A stretch of 64,000 nt of DNA from Methylococcales symbiont of Iophon sp. n. MRB-2018 (GCA_003666325.1 QPIL01000118.1:2402-66401), one strand, 5' to 3'. Positions 9,541-20,982 are shown, counted from the first letter of the stretch. The notes: a model not told the origin generated them from the sequence alone. Program-made: numbers and translations.

Positions 9541-10692
9541 ATGACCATTCCCTACTGGCGATTATCCAGCTTTTATTTCTTTTATTTTGCTACCCTTGGC
9601 GGTTTTTTGCCATATTGGAGTTTGTATTTAGAGCATCTTCATTTCAATGCTATGGAGATTGGGGAATTATCGGCTTTAATGGTGGCTACTAAAGTGGTTG
9701 CACCTAATTTATGGGGTTGGATTGCTGATCATACAGGCAAATGTCTTAGAGTAATAAGGATTGTTGCTTTTTTGGCTGCCGTTATTTTTGCTGGATTTTT
9801 TCATCATAATTCTTATCTCTGGATTGCAGTCATTACTATTGGCTTTAGTTTTTTTTGGAATGCAGCATTACCGCAATTTGAGGCAGTTACGTTATATCAC
9901 CTCAGAAAAGAGCCACAACGCTATAGTCAGGTTAGGTTGTGGGGTTCTATTGGTTTTATTGTTAGTGTATTAGCGATTGGTCGTTTTATTGACACGCATA
10001 GCATTGATTATTTACCCGAATGGATTATTGCTTTTTTAGCCATGATTTGGTTGGTGAGTTTAATGACACCTGAGGTCGATATTATCCCTAAAAAAGGCGT
10101 TAGTAGCTTATTTAAAATCATCAAACAGCCTGAAATTATTGCATTTTTTGCAGTGTATTCATTGTTACAGGTTTCTCATGGGCCTTATTACGTGTTTTAT
10201 TCCATTTATTTAAGTCAGTTTGACTACTCATCTTCAACCATTGGCTTATTATGGGCATTAGGTGTGGCTGCGGAAGTTTTATTATTTGTATTTATGAAGC
10301 AACTTTTAACATGGATTTCTTTGAGGCACATCTTGTTAATCAGTATTATTTTAGCTATCGGTCGCTGGCTATTGATTGCTTTTTTCGTGGATTGTTTTAG
10401 CTTGATGGTGATTGCTCAAATACTACATGCAGCTACTTTTGGGGCATCACATGTGGTGGCGATTCATTTGTTACATAAATACTTTGATCAACAACACCAA
10501 GGCAGAGGACAGGCACTATACAGTAGTTTAACCTTTGGTCTAGGCGGAATGATAGGCAGTTTTTGCAGTGGCTATTTCTGGGATATTTATGGATCGTCTT
10601 TAGTTTTTGTCATGGCTTCGATTTGTTGTGTTATCGCTTTTATGCTGGCTTTTATTTGGGTAGGACGAGAAAACCAAACGCTGAAGCTTTAA
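9541..10692 (+). CDS. MFS transporter (HcaT/PPP-family-like)
   Basis: 383 aa with about 12 TM. N-terminus ..YFFYFATLGGFLPYWSLYLEHL.. resembles the MFS_1_like/HcaT group. Confidence 0.75.
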   Translation: MTIPYWRLSSFYFFYFATLGGFLPYWSLYLEHLHFNAMEIGELSALMVATKVVAPNLWGWIADHTGKCLRVIRIVAFLAAVIFAGFFHHNSYLWIAVITIGFSFFWNAALPQFEAVTLYHLRKEPQRYSQVRLWGSIGFIVSVLAIGRFIDTHSIDYLPEWIIAFLAMIWLVSLMTPEVDIIPKKGVSSLFKIIKQPEIIAFFAVYSLLQVSHGPYYVFYSIYLSQFDYSSSTIGLLWALGVAAEVLLFVFMKQLLTWISLRHILLISIILAIGRWLLIAFFVDCFSLMVIAQILHAATFGASHVVAIHLLHKYFDQQHQGRGQALYSSLTFGLGGMIGSFCSGYFWDIYGSSLVFVMASICCVIAFMLAFIWVGRENQTLKL

Positions 10693-10790
10693 AAAAATCA
10701 GGTGCTAAAAATTATATTCTTTAAGGCTGGTTTCTTTATCGAGGAAAACCACCTAGAATATTACTAAATTATAATTACAGAGTATGTTAA

Positions 10791-11423
10791 GTGTTTGATT
10801 TGATAAAAGATGGTGGCTGGTTAATGCTACCGATTATATTGTGTTCAATTGGTGCCATGGGAATTGTGGCTGAACGTTTCTGGTCGTTACAACGGAAAAA
10901 AATTCTGCCCCCCAAATTAGTGGCACAAATATGGCGTATGGAAAAGGAGCAAAAATTAAATAAACAGTCACTAAGACGTATAAAATTAAACTCACCATTA
11001 GGTGTGATACTTGCAGCCGGTTTATTAAATCGACATCATGGTCGAGAAATGATGAAAACAAGTATTGAAGAAGCGGGTAGACAGGTTGTTCATGAGTTGG
11101 AACGATTTTTAAATCCATTAGGAACTATTGCCTCAATAACACCCTTGTTAGGGCTATTAGGCACCGTTGTGGGGATGATTAAAGTATTTACTGCGATCAT
11201 GTTTCATGGTGTTGGTGATCCAGGTATTTTAGCAGGAGGAATTTCAGAGGCATTGCTGACCACGGCCGCAGGATTGACAGTAGCTATTCCTAGTCTTATT
11301 TTTCATCGTTATTTTGACCGTCTGGTTGATGAGTATGTGTTGAATATGGAGGAAGATGCTTTAAAACTCATTGATGTAATGGCAGGGGATCGAGAGGAAG
11401 CTAATGAATTTTTCCAGAACTAA
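10791..11423 (+). CDS. exbB: MotA/TolQ/ExbB proton-channel protein
   Basis: 210 aa. ..LGLLGTVVGMIKVF.. and ..GISEALLTTAAGLTVAIP.. are family signatures. It overlaps the exbD start. Confidence 0.85.
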   Translation: MFDLIKDGGWLMLPIILCSIGAMGIVAERFWSLQRKKILPPKLVAQIWRMEKEQKLNKQSLRRIKLNSPLGVILAAGLLNRHHGREMMKTSIEEAGRQVVHELERFLNPLGTIASITPLLGLLGTVVGMIKVFTAIMFHGVGDPGILAGGISEALLTTAAGLTVAIPSLIFHRYFDRLVDEYVLNMEEDALKLIDVMAGDREEANEFFQN

Positions 11424-11838
11424 GAGACCACCTCTTGAAATTACCCTGACACCAATGATTGATGTGGTATTTTTGTTATTGATTTTTTTTATGGTGACAA
11501 CCACATTTAATCAGCAGACTGAGTTAAAAATAAACTTGCCAGAAGCCAAAGGCACACAGGCTGAAACGGCTGAAAAAATGATTGTTCTTACCATTAATGC
11601 AGAAGGTAGCTATTTTATTTCAGGTGATGACGGCCCTCCTCATCCATTGATTAACCAGAAAAAAGCAACCTTAATGCGGGCATTAATACAGATAGCAGGT
11701 GAATCTCGCAAAATTCCTTTTATTATTAGTGCTGATGGTAAAACACCACATCAAGCGGTGATAACTGTGCTAGATGTTGCCAGTAATTTAGGCTTTAGTC
11801 GTATTACTTTTGGTAGCAAAAATGTGATTGGGGAATAA
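11404..11838 (+). CDS. exbD: ExbD/TolR family protein
   Basis: 144 aa. ..ITLTPMIDVVFLLLIFFMVTT.. is the canonical ExbD TM motif. Confidence 0.85.
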   Translation: MNFSRTKRPPLEITLTPMIDVVFLLLIFFMVTTTFNQQTELKINLPEAKGTQAETAEKMIVLTINAEGSYFISGDDGPPHPLINQKKATLMRALIQIAGESRKIPFIISADGKTPHQAVITVLDVASNLGFSRITFGSKNVIGE

Positions 11839-11839
11839 T

Positions 11840-12838
11840 ATGAAAAAAAGTTTTTCACGCTGGTTACAGGATGAATGGTATAGAGAAATGTATATTTCAG
11901 CCTTTTTTATGCCTATATCCATGTTGTATGCTGATTTTATCCGTTTCAGGTCATTCCTTTACAATATTGGCATACGGAAAAAACACAAAATAGCTGTGCC
12001 TGTTATAGTCGTTGGTAATATTACCCTAGGAGGTACGGGTAAAACGCCATTAATTCTTTGGTTAGCGCGGTTTTTGAGAGAAGAAGGGTATAAACCAGGC
12101 ATCATCAGTCGAGGCTATGGTGGAGAGTCTGCAATATGGCCACAGTGGGTTGATGAACAAAGTAAAGCGGATCAAGTGGGTGATGAAGCAGTGCTGATAA
12201 AACAGCAAGCTGATTGTCCGGTAGTTGTAGGACCAAAACGTGTTAAAGCAGCTCAGTTATTATTGGATAAATCTGATTGTAATATCATTTTATCGGATGA
12301 TGGCTTGCAACATTATGCTTTAAAACGAGATATTGAAATTGCAGTGATTGATGGTGAAAGGCGTTTTGGCAATGGCTATATGTTACCTTGTGGGCCTTTA
12401 AGAGAGCCTATTGAAAGATTACAAAAGGTTGATTTGGTTATCGTTAATGGTATTGCAGAAGAAGAGAATGAATTTGCTATGGCTGTCGAAGGTGATTTAG
12501 CCGTTAATTTAGTCAATAAAGAAGAAAAATTATTAGATGAATTTAAAAAGCAGAATTGTCATGCGCTTGCAGGGATAGGCAACCCTAAACGGTTTTTTAA
12601 TTTACTTGAAAAGGAAGGGCTTTTGCTAGAATGTCATGCCTTTCCTGATCACCATCAATTCATTGCTGAAGATATCAGTTTTGAGGATGATAAGCCTGTT
12701 TTGATGACAGCAAAAGATGCGGTTAAATGTATGGACTTTGCCACAGATAAACATTGGTACGTCCCTATTAAAGTACAACCAGAGCAACTGTTTATAGATA
12801 AACTATTAAAATTGATAAAAGAGAAAATACGTGGATAA
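11840..12838 (+). CDS. lpxK: tetraacyldisaccharide 4'-kinase
   Basis: P-loop [13 protein letters not shown] and ..ILSDDGLQH.. are present. The ATG at 11840 (2 nt after the exbD stop) is preferred over the TTG at 11828. Confidence 0.9.
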   Translation: MKKSFSRWLQDEWYREMYISAFFMPISMLYADFIRFRSFLYNIGIRKKHKIAVPVIVVGNITLGGTGKTPLILWLARFLREEGYKPGIISRGYGGESAIWPQWVDEQSKADQVGDEAVLIKQQADCPVVVGPKRVKAAQLLLDKSDCNIILSDDGLQHYALKRDIEIAVIDGERRFGNGYMLPCGPLREPIERLQKVDLVIVNGIAEEENEFAMAVEGDLAVNLVNKEEKLLDEFKKQNCHALAGIGNPKRFFNLLEKEGLLLECHAFPDHHQFIAEDISFEDDKPVLMTAKDAVKCMDFATDKHWYVPIKVQPEQLFIDKLLKLIKEKIRG

Positions 12839-13019
12839 AAAGTTATTGGATATTTTGGCTTGCCCCTTATGTAAAAGTGCTTTGATTTATAAGCAAGAGG
12901 AGCAAGAGTTAATATGTAAAGTGGATCGTTTAGCGTTTCCTATCAGAGATGAAATTCCGGTGATGTTGGAAGATGAAGCGCGAGAGCTATCGGTTGATGA
13001 AGTAGATGCTTTGGCATAA
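12831..13019 (+). CDS. Trm112/YcaR family zinc-ribbon protein
   Basis: 62 aa. ..[12 protein letters not shown].. and ..[11 protein letters not shown].. are present. It holds the conserved position between lpxK and kdsB. Confidence 0.8.
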   Translation: MDKKLLDILACPLCKSALIYKQEEQELICKVDRLAFPIRDEIPVMLEDEARELSVDEVDALA

Positions 13020-13042
13020 GTTATACCAAGTTTAAAAAATAA

Positions 13043-13076
13043 GGACTCAGGACTCAGGACTCAGGACTCAGGACTA
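13043..13076 (+). repeat. heptanucleotide tandem tract T2, (GGACTCA)x4 plus GGACTA
   Basis: Read directly. It lies 23 nt after the ycaR-like stop, in sense orientation, inside the lpxK-kdsB cluster. Confidence 0.95.
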
Positions 13077-13157
13077 ATATATGTTTAACAAATAAATACA
13101 CCAATCTAGCACTTATTAGTATATTTATTTTTTGAAAATGGTATTAGCTAAAGCATT

Positions 13158-13937
13158 ATGAAAAAACCTTTTAAAGTGGTCATACCTGCTCGTTATGGAT
13201 CAACTCGTTTACCAGGTAAACCACTACTAAATATCGCAGGAAAACCAATGATTGCCCATGTTTGTCAGCGTGCTATAGAAGCAAATGCTGACGAAGTGGT
13301 TGTGGCAACTGATGATCAGCGGATTTTTGATAATGTTACAAAGCTAGGTATCAAAGTGGTGATGACGGACATTAATCATCAAAGCGGTACAGAACGGATT
13401 AATGAAGTGGCAAGCCAGATGGCTTGGCAAGATGATGATATTATCGTTAATGTACAAGGTGATGAACCACTTATTCCATCTGCCTATATTAAAGAGGTTG
13501 CTCATGCTTTAGCTAGTCAAACTCAGGCTGGTATCGCTACTTTGGCATCCAGAATATTGAATGGTACCGAATTATTTAATACCAATGCAGTAAAAGTCGT
13601 ATTAGACCGAGATGATTATGCCTTGTATTTTAGCCGAGCTGCAATCCCTTGGGATCGAGATAGCTTTACTGCAAACTCCGCTGAATTATCTGATGTAATG
13701 CCCTATCTTAGGCATATAGGAATGTATGCTTATACGGTTAAATTTTTAAAGAGCTATTGTTCATGGCAGCCATCGGTACTTGAAACCGTAGAATCTTTAG
13801 AACAATTAAGAATTTTATGGCAGGGTGAATCTATTCTGGTAAAAACAGTTGGTATTGCTCCTGAAGCGGGCGTTGATACGCAAGCCGATTTAGAGCGTGT
13901 TGAGAGAGTCGTATTGAATGCAACAACTAGACTATAG
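13158..13937 (+). CDS. kdsB: 3-deoxy-manno-octulosonate cytidylyltransferase
   Basis: 259 aa. ..VIPARYGSTRLPGKPL.. and ..VNVQGDEPLI.. are present. Confidence 0.92.
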   Translation: MKKPFKVVIPARYGSTRLPGKPLLNIAGKPMIAHVCQRAIEANADEVVVATDDQRIFDNVTKLGIKVVMTDINHQSGTERINEVASQMAWQDDDIIVNVQGDEPLIPSAYIKEVAHALASQTQAGIATLASRILNGTELFNTNAVKVVLDRDDYALYFSRAAIPWDRDSFTANSAELSDVMPYLRHIGMYAYTVKFLKSYCSWQPSVLETVESLEQLRILWQGESILVKTVGIAPEAGVDTQADLERVERVVLNATTRL

Positions 13938-13973
13938 CTTACAAAACTCAAAAATAATAAACTTCAAAAATTA

Positions 13974-14162
13974 ATGAATAATATTGTTCTCTATCTAATC
14001 GCTATTGCTTTAATTTCAGTCATCATTGCCTGGCTGATCAGTCAATCAAAGCCAGCAGAAAAAGTAGTTAAAGTAATGACTTTTATGATTTATTTCTGGT
14101 TAAGTGCATTTGTTCAATTGATTGTTTTTGCTTTGCTTTATCATTACAAAATATTAGCTTGA
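13974..14162 (+). CDS. small 2-TM hypothetical protein
   Basis: 62-aa hydrophobic ORF. Only ORF-level support. Confidence 0.35.
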   Translation: MNNIVLYLIAIALISVIIAWLISQSKPAEKVVKVMTFMIYFWLSAFVQLIVFALLYHYKILA

Positions 14163-14166
14163 GACC

Positions 14167-15228
14167 TCAGCTTAATTGTTTTAAAGCCCACTTTACATGC
14201 TCCTTGACAATATCTGAATAATGATTCTGTTTTTCTAATAACGCCTGTCTTGTAGACTCTGTTGATTTACTATTTCCCAGTGCAACTGCAATATTTCTAA
14301 GCCAGCTAATATAGCCAATACGTCTAATGGCAGAGCCTTCCATTTTTTTTAAAAATTCTGGCTTAGTCCAAGAGAAAAGTTCAGCTAATTGAATATTGTT
14401 TAAGTTATGGCGAGGACTATAATCAGTTTCTGTGGTTAGTCTGGCAAATCGGTTCCACGGACATATTAACTGACAATCATCGCATCCATAAATACGATTA
14501 CCCATAGCCGCTCTAAATTGTTCAGGAATAGAACCTTTTAATTCAATAGTGAGATAGGAAATACAACGGCGAGCATCGACTTGATAAGGAGCAACAATCG
14601 CTTGAGTAGGGCAAATATCTAAACAGGCTTTGCACTGACCACAATGTGCAGAAGATTTTGTGTCTATAGGAAGGTCAATGTCGGTATAAATTTCACCCAG
14701 AAAAAACCAAGATCCCGCTTTACGATTAATCAGATTAGAATGTTTACCAATCCATCCTAATCCAGCTTTTTCGGCAATCGCTTTTTCTAAAACAGGGGCA
14801 CTATCAACAAAGGCACGATAACCAAAACAGCCAATTTCAGATTCAATTTGACTAGCTAGTTTCTGTAAACGATGTCGTAAAATTTTATGGTAATCTCTGC
14901 CAAGTGCATAGCGAGAGATAAAAGCGTCAACAGGGCTGTCTAAGTTAGCAAACATTTTTTCTGCCGTTTCTGGCAGATAGTCCATACGAACTGAGATAAT
15001 ACGAGTTGTGCCTGATTCTAATAGAGCAGGGCGGCTACGTTTAAGACCATGCTTAAACATATAATCCATTTTCCCATGGAAACCTTTGTCAACCCAGTTT
15101 TGCAAATGCTTTTCAGCAAAATTCAAATCGGTATCACTAATACCTACTTGCTGAAAACCCAGATCTTCACCCCATTTTTTTATTTTTATCGCAAGATCTA
15201 TATTGGGGTGTTGTTGATTACCATCCAT
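14167..15228 (-). CDS. queG: tRNA epoxyqueuosine(34) reductase
   Basis: 353 aa. 4Fe-4S motifs CGQCKACLDICP and CDDCQLICPWN are present, with a QueG-like N-terminal domain. Confidence 0.9.
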   Translation of the reverse strand: MDGNQQHPNIDLAIKIKKWGEDLGFQQVGISDTDLNFAEKHLQNWVDKGFHGKMDYMFKHGLKRSRPALLESGTTRIISVRMDYLPETAEKMFANLDSPVDAFISRYALGRDYHKILRHRLQKLASQIESEIGCFGYRAFVDSAPVLEKAIAEKAGLGWIGKHSNLINRKAGSWFFLGEIYTDIDLPIDTKSSAHCGQCKACLDICPTQAIVAPYQVDARRCISYLTIELKGSIPEQFRAAMGNRIYGCDDCQLICPWNRFARLTTETDYSPRHNLNNIQLAELFSWTKPEFLKKMEGSAIRRIGYISWLRNIAVALGNSKSTESTRQALLEKQNHYSDIVKEHVKWALKQLS

Positions 15229-15453
15229 GAAATGTAGCTTAAAAAATAAAGGATTTATATTTTAAGCTACATAAGCACCCAAGCATAATTAATTTACTAT
15301 TTTTACTGGTCTTTTTTCTCATCTTCTGCGTCGCATAATTTGCTATGTGTTAAGTTCCATAAGTTCTCGCCGTGTAAAACATGCCTCAGAATACATTTAA
15401 TAAGAAAATCATGCTGTCAGAATTTTTGCAACGATTAATATAAAGGCAGAATT

Positions 15454-16830
15454 TTAAAGAACCCCGTATGCCAACATGGCATCAGCCACTTTAATAAACC
15501 CAGCAATATTAGAACCCTTTAAATAATTGACATAGTCATCACTTTCACGACCATACTCGACACAGTTATCATGAATTTTTTTCATGATGTCGCGTAACAA
15601 AACTTGTAACTCTTCTTCTTTCCAGGTGATACGGGCACTATTTTGACTCATTTCAAGACCTGAAACAGCTACCCCACCCGCATTTGCTGCCTTACTAGGC
15701 GCAAACATGATTTTAGCCTCTTGAAAAATGCGGATGCCATCCATTTCCGTTGGCATATTGGCACCTTCTGAAACAGCATAACAACCATTTTTAATTAAAG
15801 TTGCCGCTTCTTTACCATTAATCTCATTTTGGGTCGCACAAGGGAAGGCCAAATCACAAGGCACATCCCAAGGACGTTTACCTTGATGAAATTCAACACC
15901 ATATTCATCAGCATATTCTTTAATGCGGCCACGTTTATTGGTTTTTAAATCAACAATAAAAGTCAGTTTATCTGCATCTATACCGTCAGGGTCATAAATA
16001 AAACCAGAAGAGTCAGACATCGTTACAACTTTAGCACCTAATTGTGTAGCTTTTTCTACCGCATACTGAGCCACATTGCCAGAACCAGAGACCAAGCAAA
16101 TCTTTCCTTCTATCGTTTGTCCCTTAACATCAAGCATGTCATTCATCATATAAACGGTGCCATAACCCGTTGCCTCTGTGCGAATGGGGCTACCCCCAAA
16201 CTCCATACCCTTACCCGTTAAAATGCCAGTAAATTCATTAGATAGCCGTTTATGTTGTCCAAACATATAACCAATTTCTCTGGCACCTACGCCAATATCA
16301 CCAGCAGGGACATCTCTATGTGGGCCAATGTGCCTAGAAAGCTCAGTCATAAAAGACTGGCAAAAGCGCATGACTTCATTCGATGATTTGTCCTTAGGAT
16401 TAAAATCTGAACCTCCTTTACCTCCCCCCATAGGCAGCCCCGTTAAACTGTTTTTAAAGGTTTGTTCAAAAGCTAAAAATTTTAAGATACTAAGGGTAAC
16501 ATTAGGGTGAAAACGTAAACCGCCTTTGTAGGGGCCAATGGAATTATTATGTTGTACACGGTAACCACGTTGAGTACGAATATTACCTTTATCATCTTGC
16601 CAGCAAACTCTAAAGATGATGACTCGATCAGGTTCAGATAATCGTTCCAAGATCTGCATATCCTGATAAATGGGTTTATCAGCAATGTAGGGGATAATAG
16701 ATGATGCAACTTCGTAGACAGCTTGATGAAACTCTTGTTCACCAGGGTTTCTACGTTTTAAACCCGCAATAAAACTTTCAAGTTTTTGATTTGAGTCATT
16801 CATGTCATAATCCGCACGTTTTAAAATCAT
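15454..16830 (-). CDS. gdhA: NADP-specific glutamate dehydrogenase
   Basis: Collinear with E. coli GdhA (..GPYKGGLRFHP.., ..LPMGGGKGGSDF.., ..SGSGNVAQYA..). The true start may be the Met at 16803. Confidence 0.93.
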   Translation of the reverse strand: MILKRADYDMNDSNQKLESFIAGLKRRNPGEQEFHQAVYEVASSIIPYIADKPIYQDMQILERLSEPDRVIIFRVCWQDDKGNIRTQRGYRVQHNNSIGPYKGGLRFHPNVTLSILKFLAFEQTFKNSLTGLPMGGGKGGSDFNPKDKSSNEVMRFCQSFMTELSRHIGPHRDVPAGDIGVGAREIGYMFGQHKRLSNEFTGILTGKGMEFGGSPIRTEATGYGTVYMMNDMLDVKGQTIEGKICLVSGSGNVAQYAVEKATQLGAKVVTMSDSSGFIYDPDGIDADKLTFIVDLKTNKRGRIKEYADEYGVEFHQGKRPWDVPCDLAFPCATQNEINGKEAATLIKNGCYAVSEGANMPTEMDGIRIFQEAKIMFAPSKAANAGGVAVSGLEMSQNSARITWKEEELQVLLRDIMKKIHDNCVEYGRESDDYVNYLKGSNIAGFIKVADAMLAYGVL

Positions 16831-16980
16831 CCATAATATTTATAAGATAAAATCAAAGAATTAAAGATATTTTATTTTAACCAGGAGTAAAAATTATGAC
16901 TGGCTACACGATAAATAATATTGATTTTAAAGGGTTTTTTCCCCATTACTTTTCATCTAGCTTTTAAAAATTGCCAGCGG

Positions 16981-18591
16981 TTAAATCGAGCCTTTATATC
17001 CAGAGGTAATGGGGTAACGACGATCTCTGCCAAAAGCCCTAGGCGTAATTCTTATGCCTGGTGGTGCTTGTCTGCGTTTATATTCATTTTTATCCACTAA
17101 TGAAATAGCTCTATTAATATCTGCTAACTGAAAACCTGCGGCTTGTATTTCTTTGGCCGACTTATCTTGTTCCACATACATTTCCAGAATAGGATCTAAA
17201 ACGGAATAAGCAGGTAAGGAATCTTCATCCCTTTGATCTGGGGCTAATTCTGCTGAGGGAGGACGTGTAATAACACGTTGTGGAATCACGGGTGAAAGTG
17301 TATTTCTATATTTTGCTAATTGGTAAACCAATAATTTGGGAACATCTTTAATGGGGGCAAAACCACCCGCCATATCACCATATAATGTGGCATAACCGAC
17401 GCTCAGCTCACTTTTATTGCCGGTGGTGAGTAATAACTTTCCCTGTTTATTCGACATGGCCATTAATAATACACCACGGCAACGTGCCTGAATGTTTTCT
17501 TCTGTAGTATCTATTTCAGTATTAAAAAACAGATCACTCAGCATTCCAGTAAATGCAGTCACCGCAGGATCTATAGCAATAATGTGATGCTTAATTCCTA
17601 ATGTCTCGGCCTCTATAATAGCATCCTCATTACTCATATCTTGAGTATATTTAGAAGGCATTAAAACCGCTTCTACATGATCTGCACCTAATGCGTCAAC
17701 AGCAATGGCTAGAACCAATGCTGAATCTATACCTCCTGATAAGCCTAATAAAACACCCTGAAAATCATTTTTATGGACATAATCTCTAACCCCTAAAACT
17801 AGTGCTTTATATTCGCTGGACAACTTACTATACAACGTAGCACAACTATTTTGTATTGGGGTTTGATTATCAAAGCTGATGACTGAAACTTGTTCTTCAA
17901 ATTCTTCCGCTCTAAAAACAACATTACCTTTTGCATTGACTACAAAGGAGGCTCCATCAAAAATTAAATCATCTTGTCCACCCACAGCATTAACATAGAC
18001 TAAAGAAATCTCTGTTTCTTTAGCTTGCTGACAGACAATCGCTTCGCGTTGATGAATTTTACCAGCATGAAAAGGTGAGGCATTTAAGGTAACAATCAGA
18101 TCTGCACCTGCCACCTTATTTTTTTCAATAAGACCTTTTTTCCAGATGTCTTCACAGATAGTAATACCAATGGCAGTGTTTTTTACTGCAAAAACACAAC
18201 TTTGATCTCCCGCTTGAAAATAGCGTTGTTCATCAAATACTCCAAAATTAGGCAAGGCATTCTTTTGATAGTGTTTAATTATTTTTCCATTTCTTAAAAC
18301 AGCAGCACTGTTATATAAATAAGTTTCAATCTGTTCAGGAAAACCTAAAATAATATCAATACCTTGAACACTTTCGGCAATAGCTAATACGGCTTGTTTT
18401 GATTTTTTTATAAAATCGGCACGAAAAAGTAAGTCTTCAGGCGGATAACCGGTAATACTTAATTCAGGAAAAACAACAATATCGGCAGCAAGTTTATCGC
18501 GTGCATATTGTGCTATTTCAATAATTTTGTTTTGATTGGCATCAATTGCACCTACCAATAAATTTATCTGTGCTAACGCTATTTTTAACAT
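16981..18591 (-). CDS. nadE: glutamine-dependent NAD+ synthetase
   Basis: 536 aa. An N-terminal nitrilase-type CN-hydrolase domain (..FPELSITGYPPEDL.., ..ICEDIW..) precedes the PP-loop GLSGGIDSA. Confidence 0.9.
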   Translation of the reverse strand: MLKIALAQINLLVGAIDANQNKIIEIAQYARDKLAADIVVFPELSITGYPPEDLLFRADFIKKSKQAVLAIAESVQGIDIILGFPEQIETYLYNSAAVLRNGKIIKHYQKNALPNFGVFDEQRYFQAGDQSCVFAVKNTAIGITICEDIWKKGLIEKNKVAGADLIVTLNASPFHAGKIHQREAIVCQQAKETEISLVYVNAVGGQDDLIFDGASFVVNAKGNVVFRAEEFEEQVSVISFDNQTPIQNSCATLYSKLSSEYKALVLGVRDYVHKNDFQGVLLGLSGGIDSALVLAIAVDALGADHVEAVLMPSKYTQDMSNEDAIIEAETLGIKHHIIAIDPAVTAFTGMLSDLFFNTEIDTTEENIQARCRGVLLMAMSNKQGKLLLTTGNKSELSVGYATLYGDMAGGFAPIKDVPKLLVYQLAKYRNTLSPVIPQRVITRPPSAELAPDQRDEDSLPAYSVLDPILEMYVEQDKSAKEIQAAGFQLADINRAISLVDKNEYKRRQAPPGIRITPRAFGRDRRYPITSGYKGSI

Positions 18592-18659
18592 TTGACTGAG
18601 TTTTATTCTGAGAAGTACAGCCTCCCAGAATGATTTTTTAGAACAAAAAAAGAGAAGGG

Positions 18660-19526
18660 TTATAGACTAGCTTTCATTGCTACGCCTAATTGTGTCGGAG
18701 AATCAACGACCTCAACACCTGCTGCTTTAAGTGCAGCCACTTTACTCTCTGCTGTACCCTTACCACCCGTTACGATAGCACCCGCATGTCCCATTCTTTT
18801 TCCTGGGGGTGCTGTTCTTCCTGCTATATAAGAAACTACTGGCTTAGTCACATATTGCTTAATGTAGTCGGCAGCTTCTTCTTCTTCACTGCCACCAATT
18901 TCTCCGACCATGATAATACCTTTGGTATTGTCATCTGCTTGAAATCGACTAATGACATCGGTAAAAGTCATTCCATGAATTGGATCTCCACCTATACCGA
19001 CACAGCTACTCTGACCAAGCCCTTCTTGTGTGGTTTGATGCACAGCTTCATAAGTTAAGGTTCCTGATCTTGAAACAATACCTATTGAACCAGGTAAATG
19101 GATCATTCCTGGCATAATGCCAATTTTACATTCTCCTGGGGTGATAACACCTGGACAGTTAGGACCCACTAATAAAGCATCTGTCCCAGCCATAGCAGCT
19201 TTCACTTTTAACATTTGAAGTACAGGAATGCCTTCAGTGATACAGATAATTAAACCAATGCCAGCATCTACTGCTTCTAAAATAGCATCTGCAGCATAGA
19301 AGGGAGGTACATAAATCATGGAGGCTGTGGCAGCGGTTGCTTTAACTGCATCATCAACGGTATTAAAAACAGCTAAACCAAGGTGTGTTTGTCCCCCACG
19401 TCCTGGTGTTACACCACCGACTAATTGGGTACCATAAGCTAATGCTTGTTCTGAGTGAAATGTGCCTTGTTTTCCAGTAAAACCTTGACAGATTAATTTG
19501 GTTTGGCTATTAACTAAAATACTCAC
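18660..19526 (-). CDS. sucD: succinyl-CoA ligase subunit alpha
   Basis: 288 aa. ..[13 protein letters not shown].. and ..SRSGTLTYE.. are present, with the phosphohistidine region ..MGHAGAI... Confidence 0.95.
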   Translation of the reverse strand: MSILVNSQTKLICQGFTGKQGTFHSEQALAYGTQLVGGVTPGRGGQTHLGLAVFNTVDDAVKATAATASMIYVPPFYAADAILEAVDAGIGLIICITEGIPVLQMLKVKAAMAGTDALLVGPNCPGVITPGECKIGIMPGMIHLPGSIGIVSRSGTLTYEAVHQTTQEGLGQSSCVGIGGDPIHGMTFTDVISRFQADDNTKGIIMVGEIGGSEEEEAADYIKQYVTKPVVSYIAGRTAPPGKRMGHAGAIVTGGKGTAESKVAALKAAGVEVVDSPTQLGVAMKASL

Positions 19527-20692
19527 GCTACCACCTTCGCTAAAGTAACTACCTGTTCTGCCGCACTGGCGAGATTATCAGCAGCAACTATCCCAAAATC
19601 AGAATTATTGAGTAATTCTCTTCCTTTTTCTGCATTTGTACCTTCTAGTCTAACTACCACTGGAATGGTGACGTGGACTTCGTCTACGGCGGTTAAAATA
19701 CCTTTGGCAATAATATCGCAATGCACAATACCACCAAAAATATTCACTAAAACTGCTTTTACATTGCTATCAGACAGAATTAATTTGAATGCTTCACAGA
19801 CTTTTTCAGTATTAGTACCACCACCTACATCCAAAAAGTTAGCGGGGGCACCACCTTTAAGCTTAACCAGATCCATAGTCGCCATCGCTAAGCCAGCACC
19901 ATTAACCATACAGCCAATAGAACCATCTAGGGTAATGTAATTTAAGTCATATAGCTGTGCTTTGTTTTCTTTTTCATCTTCCTGACCTTCATCTCTGAGT
20001 TGCAGAATGTCAGGATGCAAAGCCACCGCATTATCATCAAAATTAATCTTGGCATCCAGAGCAATAATGTCACCTTCTTCTGTTTCAATTAATGGATTGA
20101 TTTCAATTTGACTGGCATCTTTTTCCAGTAAGAGTTGGTACATCCCTTTCATGACTTTTTCTAACGCCCTAACTTGAGTACCCTGTAAAGACCAAGAAAA
20201 AGCCACTTGGCGACACTGATAGGACTGCACGCCAGCAGATGGGTCAATAAGAATTGAAATTATTTTCTCTGGGCTATCTTTGGCAACAGCCTCAATATCC
20301 ATCCCTCCAGCAATGGAAGATACAAACATGACACGTTCACTGCCACGGTCAACTAAAACACTTAAATAAAATTCGCGTTTAATGGCTGAAGTTGCTTCTA
20401 TTAAAACGGATTCTATCGGTAATCCCTCTTCACCTGTTTGTTTGGTGACTAGGCGACTTCCTATCATCTCAGTGGCAAATTGTTTTACTTCATCAGTATT
20501 TTGGGCTACTTTTACACCACCCACTTTGCCACGTCCGCCAGCATGTACCTGTGCTTTAACAACCCAAGCGTTGCCTGCTATTTCATTAGTGGCTAGAACA
20601 GCAGCGGCTGCCGTTGTTACTTGTTTGCTTTGTGGTGAAGGAATGCCATAGGCTTGAAACAGTTGTTTAGCCTGATACTCGTGAATATTCAT
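19523..20692 (-). CDS. sucC: succinyl-CoA ligase subunit beta
   Basis: 389 aa. [12 protein letters not shown].., ..[12 protein letters not shown].. and ..[15 protein letters not shown].. are present. There is a 4-nt overlap with sucD. Confidence 0.95.
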   Translation of the reverse strand: MNIHEYQAKQLFQAYGIPSPQSKQVTTAAAAVLATNEIAGNAWVVKAQVHAGGRGKVGGVKVAQNTDEVKQFATEMIGSRLVTKQTGEEGLPIESVLIEATSAIKREFYLSVLVDRGSERVMFVSSIAGGMDIEAVAKDSPEKIISILIDPSAGVQSYQCRQVAFSWSLQGTQVRALEKVMKGMYQLLLEKDASQIEINPLIETEEGDIIALDAKINFDDNAVALHPDILQLRDEGQEDEKENKAQLYDLNYITLDGSIGCMVNGAGLAMATMDLVKLKGGAPANFLDVGGGTNTEKVCEAFKLILSDSNVKAVLVNIFGGIVHCDIIAKGILTAVDEVHVTIPVVVRLEGTNAEKGRELLNNSDFGIVAADNLASAAEQVVTLAKVVA

Positions 20693-20905
20693 TGGTTCTC
20701 CAGCTGCACTGTTAATAAACAGTGTTAAGGTTATAGTTAATAGTTTGGGAATTAAAGTATATTCTAACCAATTTTAAAGAAACCCATATACTTTATGGCT
20801 CCGAGTGCTCTGTCAAGCGTGTAGGTATTTTGATTTTTTCTGCTTTAAAACGGGTCTGACTGATACTTGATTTAAACGTATAGTTTTTATCTCAATTATC
20901 TTACT

Positions 20906-20982
20906 GAGACCTCGGCATAACGCATGAACGGATAAAAAAGGCTAGAATTTTTCCATCTTTCAGCCAAAATAACGAGCAATAG
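20906..20982 (+). mobile_element. left half of a GAGACCTC-type MITE (no right terminus)
   Basis: gagacctcggcataacgcatgaacggataaaaaaggctagaatttttccatctttcagccaaaataacgagcaatag aligns with 35418..35494. No inverted terminus follows. Confidence 0.75.

Noticed and set aside
18690-20651. Antisense ORFs inside sucD/sucC (122, 110 and 89 aa), and similar shadow ORFs in hdc, ispH, pgi, sbcC, feoB, proS, gajA/B, the RND pump, mnmA and purB
   Set aside because: All are nested opposite strongly supported genes and have low-complexity or Cys/Ser-rich composition typical of antisense frames.
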